DNA of 63,687 nt, the filler included, from Lenisia limosa (Eukaryota; Protista; Breviatea), in NCBI GenBank assembly GCA_001655205.1. It is 15 parts of 15 records of this genome, joined end to end, with 100 filler letters (N's around TTAATTAATTAA, not from the genome) between each part and the next. Parts side by side here need not be neighbours in the genome. Positions count along the whole stretch, not along the records: positions 46,586 to 48,441 come from LPNZ01010774.1; positions 48,542 to 52,441 come from LPNZ01011353.1; positions 52,542 to 55,061 come from LPNZ01004711.1; positions 55,162 to 62,374 come from LPNZ01002756.1; 11 more parts are not named here. The stretch is one strand, 5' to 3'. Shown here one piece after another: positions 46,586 through 58,007 of the stretch. Numbering within the stretch: position 1 is the first letter of the stretch; each line of letters opens with the position of its first letter. The translations under genes were made by a program, and so were the position numbers. Below the pieces are notes generated by a model that saw only the letters and a list, made by a program, of their open reading frames with translations, ran no database searches and was not told the origin of the DNA.

Positions 46586-47168
46586 CTCAACTCATCACAG
46601 CAGCAAGCGTACCTCACGCTTCTGACCGGACAGACCAATGCAATGGTGGCCGAAATGCACCAGCCACAGCCTCAGCAGCTCCCGCAAATGACAAACTTAC
46701 ATCAGCAGCAGCAAATGCAAATGCAGCAAGTGAGAGTGGTGGTAATTATTAGTTCATGTGATGTCTCAATAAAAAGACCTTTTCAATATGGAACATATTT
46801 AAATAACCCATCAAGCCTCGGCAAATGCAGTTCAACCAGTTCCAACAACCACAAGCCTCCCCGTCTGCCTTCGCCCCTCAGAACGGTATGCTTTGATCAT
46901 TATCCCATCAACCCNNNNNNNNNNNNNNNNNNNNNNNNNNNNNNNNNNNNNNNNNNNNNNNNNNNNNNNNNNNNNNNNNNNNNNNNNNNNNNNNNNNNNN
47001 NNNNNNNNNNNNNNNAAAAGCCCAAATAGCATCTCTGACTTTTTACGTGATAAAAAACTCACGATTGCCAGCCCCCCAATACGGAGGACTTCTCCAGGGG
47101 GACCCCCCAATGGAGCCCGGGGACAGAGTGCTCATGGCCCGACCCAGAGGACAGACGGTCTCCATTGA
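46586..47168 (+). CDS. Gln-rich low-complexity protein, 3' fragment
   Basis: ...AMVAEMHQPQPQQLPQMTNLHQQQQMQMQQ|GTGAGA donor; probable last exon ...PPIRRTSPGGPPNGARGQSAHGPTQRTDGLH*. Confidence 0.45.
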
Positions 47169-47328
47169 GTAGACTAATTTAGGTCTTCATCTTCTTGTTA
47201 TGTAACATATGTGTATATCATATGTGATATTTGAATGCTCTTTTTTGATCAAATGGCGGTAGACGTTGTATGGTACATGATTGAAAATAAAATTACAGTG
47301 AAACTACAAGAAATACAATGTGAATTAC

Positions 47329-48420
47329 CTATTTGAAGAAACCATGGATCTTTTTTGACTTGACTTTTTTTGTCGATTTGGCAGCTTTGGGAAGCACTGG
47401 TCTAAATTGTAAAATGCTCCACGGGAATTTGGAAAGAGATTTTTACCAAGCATAATGAAAAGGGAACAATCAAAAACCCCTTTAATACAGGAAAACCCTC
47501 CTCACCTCATCTGAATTTGCCGTGCTACAATAAACTCATCCTAAATCATTACATGAGGAATTTAAGGGGGGGGGGGGCTAAAAAGATGGAAAATCAATAA
47601 TTAAGAGTTAAATGGCATTACTCAAACTTTTTGTATTTATCTCGAAAACAACGAAGGAAAAAGCCTGTCCATCCAACATCTTTCAGAAATCAGGGGTGTA
47701 ATTCTTCAACATTTCAGAAAGCTTTCAAGCTGAGAGAGGCAGACAAGAATATCTGATGTCTGAAATTATTTTGAATGTATCATTTAGTTTGGAGATACCT
47801 GGATAACTAAGGAACGCTTTGCTTTGTTCAACTATGTTAAAGAAAGCTTTCTTCTTCTGCCAACGAAGGACCCACTCTAGCTCTTGGCGCGATGTATACG
47901 TACGCTCATGACTCAGACTGTCGCGGAAAGGTAGGTACTCTTGTAACACTTCTTGTGTGGTACACTTTTCTTGAGATGTTTTCATTCTTTTCCACTTTGA
48001 TATAATGTTGCCTCTAAGTATACATACTTCCAAGCTTTTTATTTGAACATCTATTATCTATACTATTCATATTTCAGTAAACTACAACATATCTGTGTTT
48101 CTATTTTTTTTGGTATTTTTTATATGTTTCAACAAATACAGTTTGGCCAACGAGCAGTGTCGGGTGCTGCATTGACAGCGGGGGAGGTCTGCGAGCGCGT
48201 CCATGCATCGCTGGCCGCCTATATTATATCAAAACCAGTCGTTTCTTTTGTGTCTTGTTCGATGCTGATGACAACAACTATTTGTTGGATTCTTGATTTC
48301 ACTCAACTTCAGCTTCCTCGAGTGAGACCTCCTCAAATGTATCGCGGTTTCAAGAAATAATCATGCCTTCAAGTCCAATGTGAACGCCACGCTCGCGCCC
48401 CGCTCATTTCTCAGGTTAGC
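47329..48420 (-). CDS. Hypothetical nuclear protein ending in a PIP-box-like motif (candidate RNase H2 subunit B); 5'-truncated
   Basis: EYLPFRDSLSHERTYTSRQELEWVLRWQKKKAFFNIVEQSKAFLSYPG / DVGWTGFFLRCFRDKYKKFE / DEFIVARQIQM / PVLPKAAKSTKKVKSKKIHGFFK* (TAG 47329-47331). Confidence 0.4.
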
Positions 48421-49141
48421 AACGGAAGTGTGGTTCTTGGGNNNNNNNNNNNNNNNNNNNNNNNNNNNNNNNNNNNNNNNNNNNNTTAATTAATTAANNN
48501 NNNNNNNNNNNNNNNNNNNNNNNNNNNNNNNNNNNNNNNNNAAAAAAAAAAATAATAATAAAAAAAAAATAATAATACAAAAGAAGGCCAGAAAAACCAT
48601 CATTGACCAGATCCCAAAGTCCATAAACAAAAAAAGTCCACAAAAACAACAATGATTAGATAAAACAATAAAACACATTCTCCAACCTGTGATGCAGTTG
48701 GCTCTGCTGACTCATCTTCCGGAATAAAGAGAGCGTGTTGTGCTACTTAATTACAGGATGCGACACAAACATTACATAAATAGTCCTCAGAATGTGAACA
48801 AAAAGTGAGGGCGTGATTGAGGTGAATATCGCATATTAAATGAGATAAACCCCACACACATGTGGATGACAGGGTAGTCTCCATTTTTCTTGAAATGGGG
48901 AGGAGGAAGCCTTTTCACTTTAAAACCCAAAAAAACTATCAGTAAACTCTTCTTTCTTTCTTTTTTTGTTAACAAAGCAAATGAGAATTTGATGATAAGT
49001 ATCTCCTTATCTCCTTATGTTTATCTCATCTCTTTGTTCCAAATTTTCACATATAAAGTGCCATCTGGGGTACACAATACCTTGGAAGAATGCTTAAGCT
49101 TGGCCTCTTTCCGCGAAGAATAAGTTTCACGGAAAATAAAA

Positions 49142-51490
49142 ATGCCAACGCAAGCGGAGATTAGAGCACAGCGACGAAGGGAGAAAATTCTCAAACAGTC
49201 TGGAAGTCGAATGAACAAGATCCTCGGCCAGGAGAAGGAAGGTTGGCTAATGTGTTATTTTTGATATTAAAGTATGTTATCGCGAAAGTGGGCGTAAAGT
49301 CAATTTTGTTCGGGGTTCTATTGTCCCTTCATATCCTTATTTTGTTTGTAGAGAAACCGGTTGAAACAGATGAAGTTGAGGTTGTTTACGATGAAACGAA
49401 ACTGATTGGTATGCTTGAGAAACCGCATTCTAACTAGACAAAGCCGAGGACAAGGAGCAGTCGAAAACTAAAGCAGCTACAATGGACGAGTCTGAAGATT
49501 TAAAGAAGGAGGGGAAGGGTGAGACAAAGATGGAGAATGAAGTTCCCGTCTCCATTATTGAGAAGAAAGAGGTACGATATCGGTTATTCTTTCTGGTTTC
49601 CTCGTTCTTTCACCCCCCCCCCCCCCCCCCCCNNNNNNNNNNNNNNNNNNNNNNNNNNNNNNNNNNNNNNNNNNNNNNNNNNNNNNNNNNNNNNNNNNNN
49701 NNNNNNNNNNNNNNNNAAACAGAAGATTCAGGTTTGTGGAAGGATGAAGAATCTATTCATAGTATCATTGCATTATTTGAAGGAGATCCATTAGAAAATT
49801 TGAGTATTAGACAATTATCAACCGGTTCGTGTAACTATTACAGGAATAGGAGAGTTTTTGTAGAAAAGAAAAAAAAAGCTGATAGCTTGTTACACTTTAC
49901 TTTATTTTGAATATGATATTTACCATTTCCAGATGAGCCTGAAGTAACACTTCCTCGTGTCCGAAAGCGCAATGCCAAGAACCCCATTGAGTCGTTTGTT
50001 GAGAAGGAAGCCACGAAGCAGCATGATGATGATAATCTTCAGGCACATAGTATCCCTCTGTGGGCTTATGTTCTATGGATTATGATGTGATCATAAGAAA
50101 AGCCTATCTTGATCTTGAGTAGAGTATTCGAATTTAATCAACACAGTGACAGCATGTAAATAATACACTGTTTTTCTCTTCATTGATTGCTGTTTTCTTT
50201 TTAAACAAATCAAATTGTGAATTGCCTTCTTTCTTCTCTCCTTTTTTTTATTCTTTATAGCCAGCTGCCAGCTCGCATTCGTTCGCAGCCCCCGATGCCT
50301 ACCAGAATACTACTGTCAATTCTTGCTGCGATTGTCTTTGTTTATGAGCTTATCAAGAACTTCCAGGCGTATAGAGGGCTTCTCTTGTCAGTCGTAACCG
50401 GTATGTGATTCTTCTGAATTATTGCTTAGATTATCATAGGATATTCAAGTGTAAATAATAGTCTCATTTTTTACTGACTATTTTTTACCCCCCCCCCCCC
50501 CNNNNNNNNNNNNNNNNNNNNNNNNNNNNNNNNNNNNNNNNNNNNNNNNNNNNNGTTTTAACAGGCCCAATGTTCCCCACACCTGACCGCCTCCTTTCTA
50601 TAGAAAATTTGTTTGCATGGGACGACATCTTTATGACATTACTTGTCATTATTAATTGAAATTCACTCTTGTTGTGAATCTGACTACTTATCATGCGATT
50701 TGGAAGTTTGTTACAATAACTGACCCCCTAGCCCTACATCATCAATGTTCGAGTGTTTTATCTTTCTGGAGCTTTCCCTCTTTGTTTATAGGTTAGGGGG
50801 GGGGGGGCATGTTTCTGATATATTCCTACAAGGGTTTTGAGATTGTCATTTTTGCTCATTTATTTTAGATCAATAAAGAAGGTTTTGTCAAAGAAGAATG
50901 AGAATGTTCAAAGCGAGACTAGGTTTGGCAGTTTATGACCCCCCATTTTTTTTTTTCTAGCAAAGTGATCCTTCATTAATCTCAAACATTGTAGGGAGTT
51001 AGTTGTTCCCGCCGAGATTTCAGCGCTGCTTCCCGAGGGTGCCGGAGCAAGTGGTCTTATGGGCTTGGTTCGAACCGCTTCCAAAGCCATGGACTACTTT
51101 AACGCGGCATTGGACGTTATTTTTCAGGTTTGGGGATCATGTAATCTCTCTTTTTTTTTTTTATCATTTATGCCATCATTTATAGAATACTACTAGACTA
51201 AAACTCAATGGTAAAAGTGCATAAGGTCCGATAGTCTAATCTGGTTAAATGGGATCTCTGTTCACCTCCTCATCGCCCCCCCCCCCNNNNNNNNNNNNNN
51301 NNNNNNNNNNNNNNNNNNNNNNNNNNNNNNNNNNNNNNNNNNNNNNNNNNNNNNNNNNNNNNNNNNNNNCAACTTACAGGTGTACATACATAATAAAGAA
51401 ACTAGCTAGAAGAGGCACGGCCTCACACTTCAGATGTGTCTCTTTGTCGTGGGCACCATAACAATTGTTGGCCTGGCCTCTTTCTGGTAA
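49142..51490 (+). CDS. GET2/CAML-like tail-anchored-protein insertion receptor
   Basis: N-terminus MPTQAEIRAQRRREKILKQSGSRMNKILGQ matches the GET2/CAML basic motif RRxKxLxxxxSRLNKITG. An acidic middle follows, then C-terminal hydrophobic helices (RILLSILAAIVFVYELI; FECFIFLELSLFVY; NAALD/MCLFVVGTITIVGLASFW*). Confidence 0.7.
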
Positions 51491-52629
51491 TGTAATGTGT
51501 GCCGTGTATAATTGTTCCTTTATTGTATGGTGACCTTCCCCCCCCCCTTTTTTTTTTCGATACAACCTGAGAAGTATAAAAAAACAAGTTCCCCAGTAAT
51601 GTTCTTTATAGTCAACATTGAATCATATGTAATACGGGTTTTTCTTTCTGCTGACGTGACCGTTTACCGTTTATTTCTGTTGTGTTTACATCCAATACAC
51701 TATTAATATGATATAACCTCAGATATTAAACCAATCTTTTTTCTTTTTTAGTCATGGGTGAAGCCTTTTACCACTGATTTTCATCACATCAGAAATATTT
51801 TGCGTTGCTGCTTGGTTGCTGTCTGTTAAAATGTTACTTTTTTTTTAAAAAAAACATAAACAAGCAGTCTCAACGTAGAGGCAAGTGTGCGTGAATCTCC
51901 AGCCATACTCAAAACAGTCCCCGAAAGTGTTGATGAGCTCACCATAGTATGTTTTTACGAAAGGCGAATAAGAAGAGACGTTATAATCTCAGCAAAAACA
52001 GAGAACTAACCTTAATGCAGTATTGCTCCTCGACTCTCTATACGATTAACAAGATTTGAAAGTTATATAGTTTTTCGTACTCCTGTTTTACACAAAAGTG
52101 GAAAAGAGAAAATTGTGGTTGAGTTTTTTTTGGAATCTTCTGAGCTTTGTTCTTCCGTTATGGAAATGGATAGCTGTCATTATACTGAAAAAAACAAAAA
52201 ACAAAGTGGAGTAGTATAATATATAAATAATAATATAAAAGCACTTGGTATGGAAGGTTGACATGACGGCAAACTGGAGAAACTAAAAGGTAACTGTTAA
52301 TAAAAGCAAAACAATGAGAGACAAACACTCATTCCTATGATTAACAACAAAAGAGGGGAAAGGGGTGGGGATATGGTGGAAGTAGAAGAAGAGCCTGAAG
52401 GAATAACAGACCAGACGCAAATTATTCCAAGTTGAATAACCNNNNNNNNNNNNNNNNNNNNNNNNNNNNNNNNNNNNNNNNNNNNTTAATTAATTAANNN
52501 NNNNNNNNNNNNNNNNNNNNNNNNNNNNNNNNNNNNNNNNNTATTGATTCAGTTGGTACAACAGCGGAGGATGCACTGGGGTGGAGTTAGGAAATGTTTG
52601 AATAAATCCATAATAATAATAATAAAAAT

Positions 52630-54960
52630 ACAAAGGCTTACTTGCAACAAAGAAAGGATAGTTTCTACTGGAGTCATATGCTAGTCTGGAGAGTTTAATA
52701 ATGTAAAAAAAAAAAAAACTGAGAAATAAAAAGAGGGAATAGAACCAACTTTTACACTCAGACTACCCGTATTTTAAAAACAATAACGGATTTTGGAAAT
52801 TATATTTTAACTTCAGCAATAAACACCTTTGTCACCCGGATATACACACCCTTCTCACCCGTAAACACTTGGAATAAACACCCTTCTCACCCGTAAACAC
52901 TGGGAATAAATACCCCGGCAGCCATAAGTCCGGAGAAGTACCTGCCAGTTACCGTGCCTTGAGTTTCGGGCCTCGCAAATCTAGGGGGGGGGGGNNNNNN
53001 NNNNNNNNNNNNNNNNNNNNNNNNNNNNNNNNNNNNNNNNNNNNNNNNNNNNNNNNNNNNNNNNNNNNNNNNNNNNNNNNNNNNNNNNNNNNNNNNNNNN
53101 NNNNNNNNNNNNNNNNNNNNNNNNNNNNNNNNNNNNNNNNNNNNNNNNNNNNNNNNNNNNNNNNNNNNNNNNNNNNNNNNCAGAGGCCATGGCTGCTATA
53201 ACCACCTGGATGTAAGGATGTGCTTAAAATAAGAGTCTTAGCCGCATAAGTAAAATAATTAATCCAACAATGGCCAATTTTAAAGATTGTTGAAAAATAT
53301 CATATACTAATAGAATAAGCACCTTACCTGAAAAGGAAGGTTGTGCCAAAAAGGTAGCAATACCACGATTATCATGATAATTCGCCCAATAAGGCCTATA
53401 ATATTATTAAATGCTAAAAAAAAAAAAGAAAGTGTTTCAAAACATGCTAGGAGTTTTAGAACTAATTCTTCAATGTTTACTACCTCAGCCCCGCAAACTG
53501 GAAGAAAATTCGCCAATTGATTCCAGGAGTGGAGGAAGGGCAAAAATCTGGGATCATAAGGTAGATATAAAGCAAAAACACACACAAGTGTTTTATAGGT
53601 CAGTAGAAGTGACCCCCCCCCTCCCAACTTGCCCTCGCTTACCTGTGTGAGAGTGGACGAAACGCCTAGCATTGATGTGAAGAGACCAAATTCAACGGCT
53701 CCAATATCAAATGTGTCCCTAAGAATAAGTAATATCTTTGACTTATATCCGAAGTGGTGATCAATATCCAATCGAACAATTAATTTGCTTTGCGTCTATT
53801 AGTATACTAAATGATATGCATATCATATGATCTTCCCCCACAAACGCAAGGTATAGGCCATAGACGGTAGTATACACCATTTGGGTGCCGAACAGAGTGA
53901 GTCCTAGAACAAACAGGAGATATAGGACGTATTTGGAATAGCCTTCAAGGAGGGGCCCCTATATGTGGTGAAATATACTCTCAGACAGTCAGACAAGAAA
54001 AAAAATCTTCCCTCCATAATTCCCACCCTGTTCACGGACGCTTGTGGTGAGGTTGGAACTTCAATAACTTGTTCATCACTTGTGACATTATTATTACCAT
54101 TATTTGGTTCCTCAGCCGAGTCTTCTTTTGGACATAGTTGAGCGCTGGAGTCAACTTTGGGAACTGTAGGTTCTGAAATGGGTCATTATATGATGATGGC
54201 CTGCTCTATGGTCCCAAACACACCAATAAAATATAGACAATACTAAATGATTCATTAATTTGCATAATACTTTGGGGTGATAACGGAAAGGAGAAGTATT
54301 TCCAGAAATTCCTTCAAATGTATTACATACTGTCACAGTAGTATGCTAACTTCGCTCTTTCTGCGAGTGATCAAGTTGAGTCATTATTCCACCCTCATTA
54401 TAAATTGACAGCCCACCAGTCTCCAATAGTTGATAAGGGTGACATCTATAAACATCAATCGATAAAAGTCTCACAAAATAAAAAGAAAAACAGCCCCCTA
54501 AGGGAAGCGGAGGGAGGGGATAGAGGGGAGGCGACGAAAAAGGAGGAATGGATTGGCATGTAAATGGGTGGGGGGATATATCAACCAACCTAAGCGAATA
54601 GGGTGTGATCCAAGATCTGGGTGCAATCCTTGAAAACTCCCTATATGGTCAGATACAAACATGAGGTCCATTTGTGTATCCAGGATTTATCTTCTTGATA
54701 AAATCTCATATGCCAGATTGTGTAATTGAAATGGAATTAAGGGGACTTGTATGAACATTGGTTATGTTGGTGACTAATTACAATCAAAATAAGGGTTTAA
54801 CATCACAATGACATGGAATTGCACTATTAGTGTAGTATATAGTTTCACCCCACTCACTTCATTTTGAAACATGCTGTGACAAAGAGGCATAAAGAAAAGG
54901 CGGCTGCTAAGTATAGGGGAAATCGCAGGGTCACGGTTGAGAGGAATCCTCCTGAGTTGT
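52630..54960 (-). CDS. Major facilitator superfamily transporter (TCR/Tet or MFSD14-like), internal fragment
   Basis: GGFLSTVTLRFPLYLAAAFSLCLF (TM6-like) / acidic central loop EPTVPKVDSSAQLCPKEDSAEEPNN / GLTLFGTQMVYTTVYGLYLA / DTFDIGAVEFGLFTSMLGVSSTLTQ / GLIGRIIMIIVVLLPF. Confidence 0.65.
52843..52912. repeat. About 31-bp tandem duplication, intronic
   Basis: ACACCCTTCTCACCCGTAAACACT(T/G)GGAATAAA occurs twice. Confidence 0.85.
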
Positions 54961-57315
54961 TGAGAGTGAAAGTTCAAAACGGTGGTAAGTATTACATGTA
55001 CATGTATATCATTAATATTAGAATGAACTCGTAAGCCTACCACCATTTCCACCCATGACAANNNNNNNNNNNNNNNNNNNNNNNNNNNNNNNNNNNNNNN
55101 NNNNNTTAATTAATTAANNNNNNNNNNNNNNNNNNNNNNNNNNNNNNNNNNNNNNNNNNNNATGCCTGACCATCGCAAATAATTGGCAAATAATTGACAA
55201 TTAGTTGAAAAATATAATTGCGTAAAAAGAGAAATAAACTCATGTATTTTTGGCTGGGCACAATCTTCAGTATTTTATTAAGACTCATAAAAAATCTGAA
55301 ATGAAAACTGTTTAAACCTTTGTATTTTTGAAAGTTTCCAACAGCCACTCAACAATTAGCTTTATTTCAAAATAATATTGTTGATAATATGATTTTCTAA
55401 AAAAGATTGCAACTTATTACGCAACCATTTTCAATTAATGGGCAATTAATTTCTTCGATTTTTTTTGCCAATTATGGCAATTAATTGCAAGGTGCCCTAA
55501 TTGAAATACTGTGATTACCAAACACAACATGACATTTTTACATAATTTTTTTACAACCTCTTTTTTTTTTAATTTTGTAGTGATTTGCGCCCTCAAGAAG
55601 TGACAGAGATTGTGAGCAAGGCGATGAAGCATCCCTCCTATGACACAATCCGGGTCTCACAAAAGGCATGTGGGTACACTGTTGATGGTTATGACCCGCT
55701 CCTTCTGGACATACATACATGTTTATGAAAAAGGAGAAACATACCATCCCCTCGATTACCCAGTGATTTCCCACAATTACCTCCGTGCACTCTTCTCACA
55801 TTCCAACATCCATGCACCTCCAAATGCACCTCAAGAAATGAGATTAGCTTTGTTTTTAGCCATCAAGAATGACCCCCTCGTAAATGAGCTCTCCTCTGAA
55901 GTCTGTAGCTTTTTGGACTGCAGCTACCACTTCTTCCGTGTCTCTGCGGAACCTACGCGTCTTTGTCATCCTCACTCTATACTCAAAGAAAGTGATGTAA
56001 ATCGAAACATTGTAAATAAGGCTGTTTTATCTAGGGACCCCACCTTGCCTCCCCTGTCAAGATCAAGGCTCTGCGAACTCGCCACCGCCGAGCTCTCAAG
56101 AAATGAGATGCTCTGTAGCTTTGTTTTTAGGGCTTATTTTAATGTAGTTTTCAATAGAATTGTCGGATATGTCAGTTTTTTTGGTTGGTCTGATTACTGT
56201 TTTGTTGAATTTTGGTGCAGTTGGGCAAAAAAAAAACAAAAAAAAAAAAATTAGAGAAAAAATAATTTACGGAAATACTTATAATTTATGGGAATTATGA
56301 AGTAGCTGATATGATGAATTCTCGTATCATATGGTTTCTTGAGGTAGAGAATTTGCAAACACCCCTTTTTTGCCTACCTTAACCTGTTCAAATTGAGAAG
56401 GGATGGTAAACTTCCCTTTGGGCTTAAACTTTGACTTGCTTGCTAAGAAATGAGTTGAGAAATATTATTGACAAACGATGAAGGTAATTAATATAACACG
56501 AGTATCGATACTTTTCGAATTCAAAGATAATACAATATTTCTGGAAACATAGTGAAGCCATGCCACATGCACATGTAACTTGGACTGAATCTGACAAGGT
56601 AGTACACTTCGTATCCTGGTTTAACTGTCCAAATGTTATATTTTTCTCACTATCAGCGTGATAGACTTGCTTTACGTTTATTTTTAAAAAGAGACTTGTT
56701 CAACTATTTAATCCGCCTTTGTTGAGATATTTGAATTTTAATGGGCAAAATGAATTTCATGAGTCAATGATATCCAATTTTACTATCGTGGAACCGAATC
56801 ATGTGTGTGTAAAAGAAAAACAAGGAAATCTGGATGACAAGACACGAGAATAGAAGAAAATGAAAGTTCACACGCGTTAAAATTACAAAAAAAGCGAAAT
56901 CGTCAATAATCATCCTTGATGGCTCATACGAATGATAAGAAATTATGGACTAGACCAACCCACTCACTCATGCCTTTACAACTCGAGGCTTCACATTATT
57001 ATGGCTGGCTTTTGATAAGTAGAATCATACTTTTGAACATATTAGTCTCATTATTGAAACAGGAAATTCGAATCTGAAGTCCATTTCTGGAGACAATACG
57101 GTGGTTCAAGGTAGTGGCCGAAGACTCCACCCTGGGTCACATGAGTAATCTGGTTTTTACTAAATTGTAGCCAATAATTTTTTCTATTTGATGTTTTGGA
57201 AACGTAAGCTAAAGATTCAGGTCCAGAGAAATTCAAAAAAAAAGGCTCGCTAGTGTTTATTTTTTTGATTTTAATTCTTTTTGTTGTGGAATATAGTTGA
57301 TTGTTCTGTAATATA

Positions 57316-57618
57316 ATGCTTACAACAAGACTATGCCTCATTAAGTTCCCTCTTCGTGAGTTTTTACGGGAAAATCCCCGTCAATCCGAAGAGCTGGGAA
57401 ACGCTGATGCCAAGGGTCTTTTTGCTTTAAGAAACCCTCAGTTGTACAAAGCGATTGGGAAATACTCTCTTCAATTTATTAGCTTTGATTCTGACACCGG
57501 TAAGCAAAGCCAACCTTAGTGAAGTCTGTGATTATTGTCATGTATCTGTTCTAATATGCTAGAGGATGCCAAATTCAGAGAACTTGTTGAGGAATTACCA
57601 CCTACCTCAGACAACAAG
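57316..57618 (+). CDS. Two-exon hypothetical ORF start inside the TIR segment
   Basis: MLTTRLCLIKFPLREFLRENPRQSEELGNADAKGLFALRNPQLYKAIGKYSLQFISFDSDT|GTAAGC..TAG|EDAKFRELVEELPPTSDNK. Its relation to the downstream remnant is unclear. Confidence 0.35.
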
Positions 57619-57803
57619 GTTTGTCTTGAAAAGCTAGTCTTGAATTGGATATTGTCTCAAGTGTTGGGTATGATTGTGTAGCGTTTCATCACTTCTGGGG
57701 TAATGTAACGTCTTTGTTTTCTTGCTCTTCTCTTGTATCCTGCCTCTTCTCTTCACCTACTGCTTAATAATGAATTACTGTGAAAATTTTCAATGTCCAC
57801 GCT

Positions 57804-58007
57804 TTATCTGCGCGTTTTGTTCTTCTCTACCTTCCTCTTTTTGACACTTCGTCAGGACGTGAGAACTTGCTGTCTCCTCTTCATATCTGGGAAGCCAAGG
57901 AGAAGAGATTTGTACTGTACTGATGGATTGCTGTAGAGTATTTTGATATAATAGGCCGTCTCCCCTCTCCTGTAATTGCATACGTTAGATCTGTGTTTAG
58001 TGGGTAA
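57804..58007 (+). pseudogene. P2X7 C-terminal 'ballast'/Nanor-like domain remnant, copy 1 (one in-frame TGA)
   Basis: LSARFVLLYLPLFDTSSGRENLLSPLHIWEAKEKRFVLY*WIAVEYFDIIGRLPSPVIAYVRSVFSG*. The spacing R-x3-Y-(R)-x2-A-x3-F and LPS-x5-VR-x2-F matches P2X7 LRHCAYRCYATWRFG...LPSCCRWRIRKEF. Confidence 0.55.

Noticed and set aside
49990-50260. Non-canonical GC-AG intron in the GET2-like gene
   Set aside because: A canonical GTGGGC donor about 15 nt downstream gives the correct phase.
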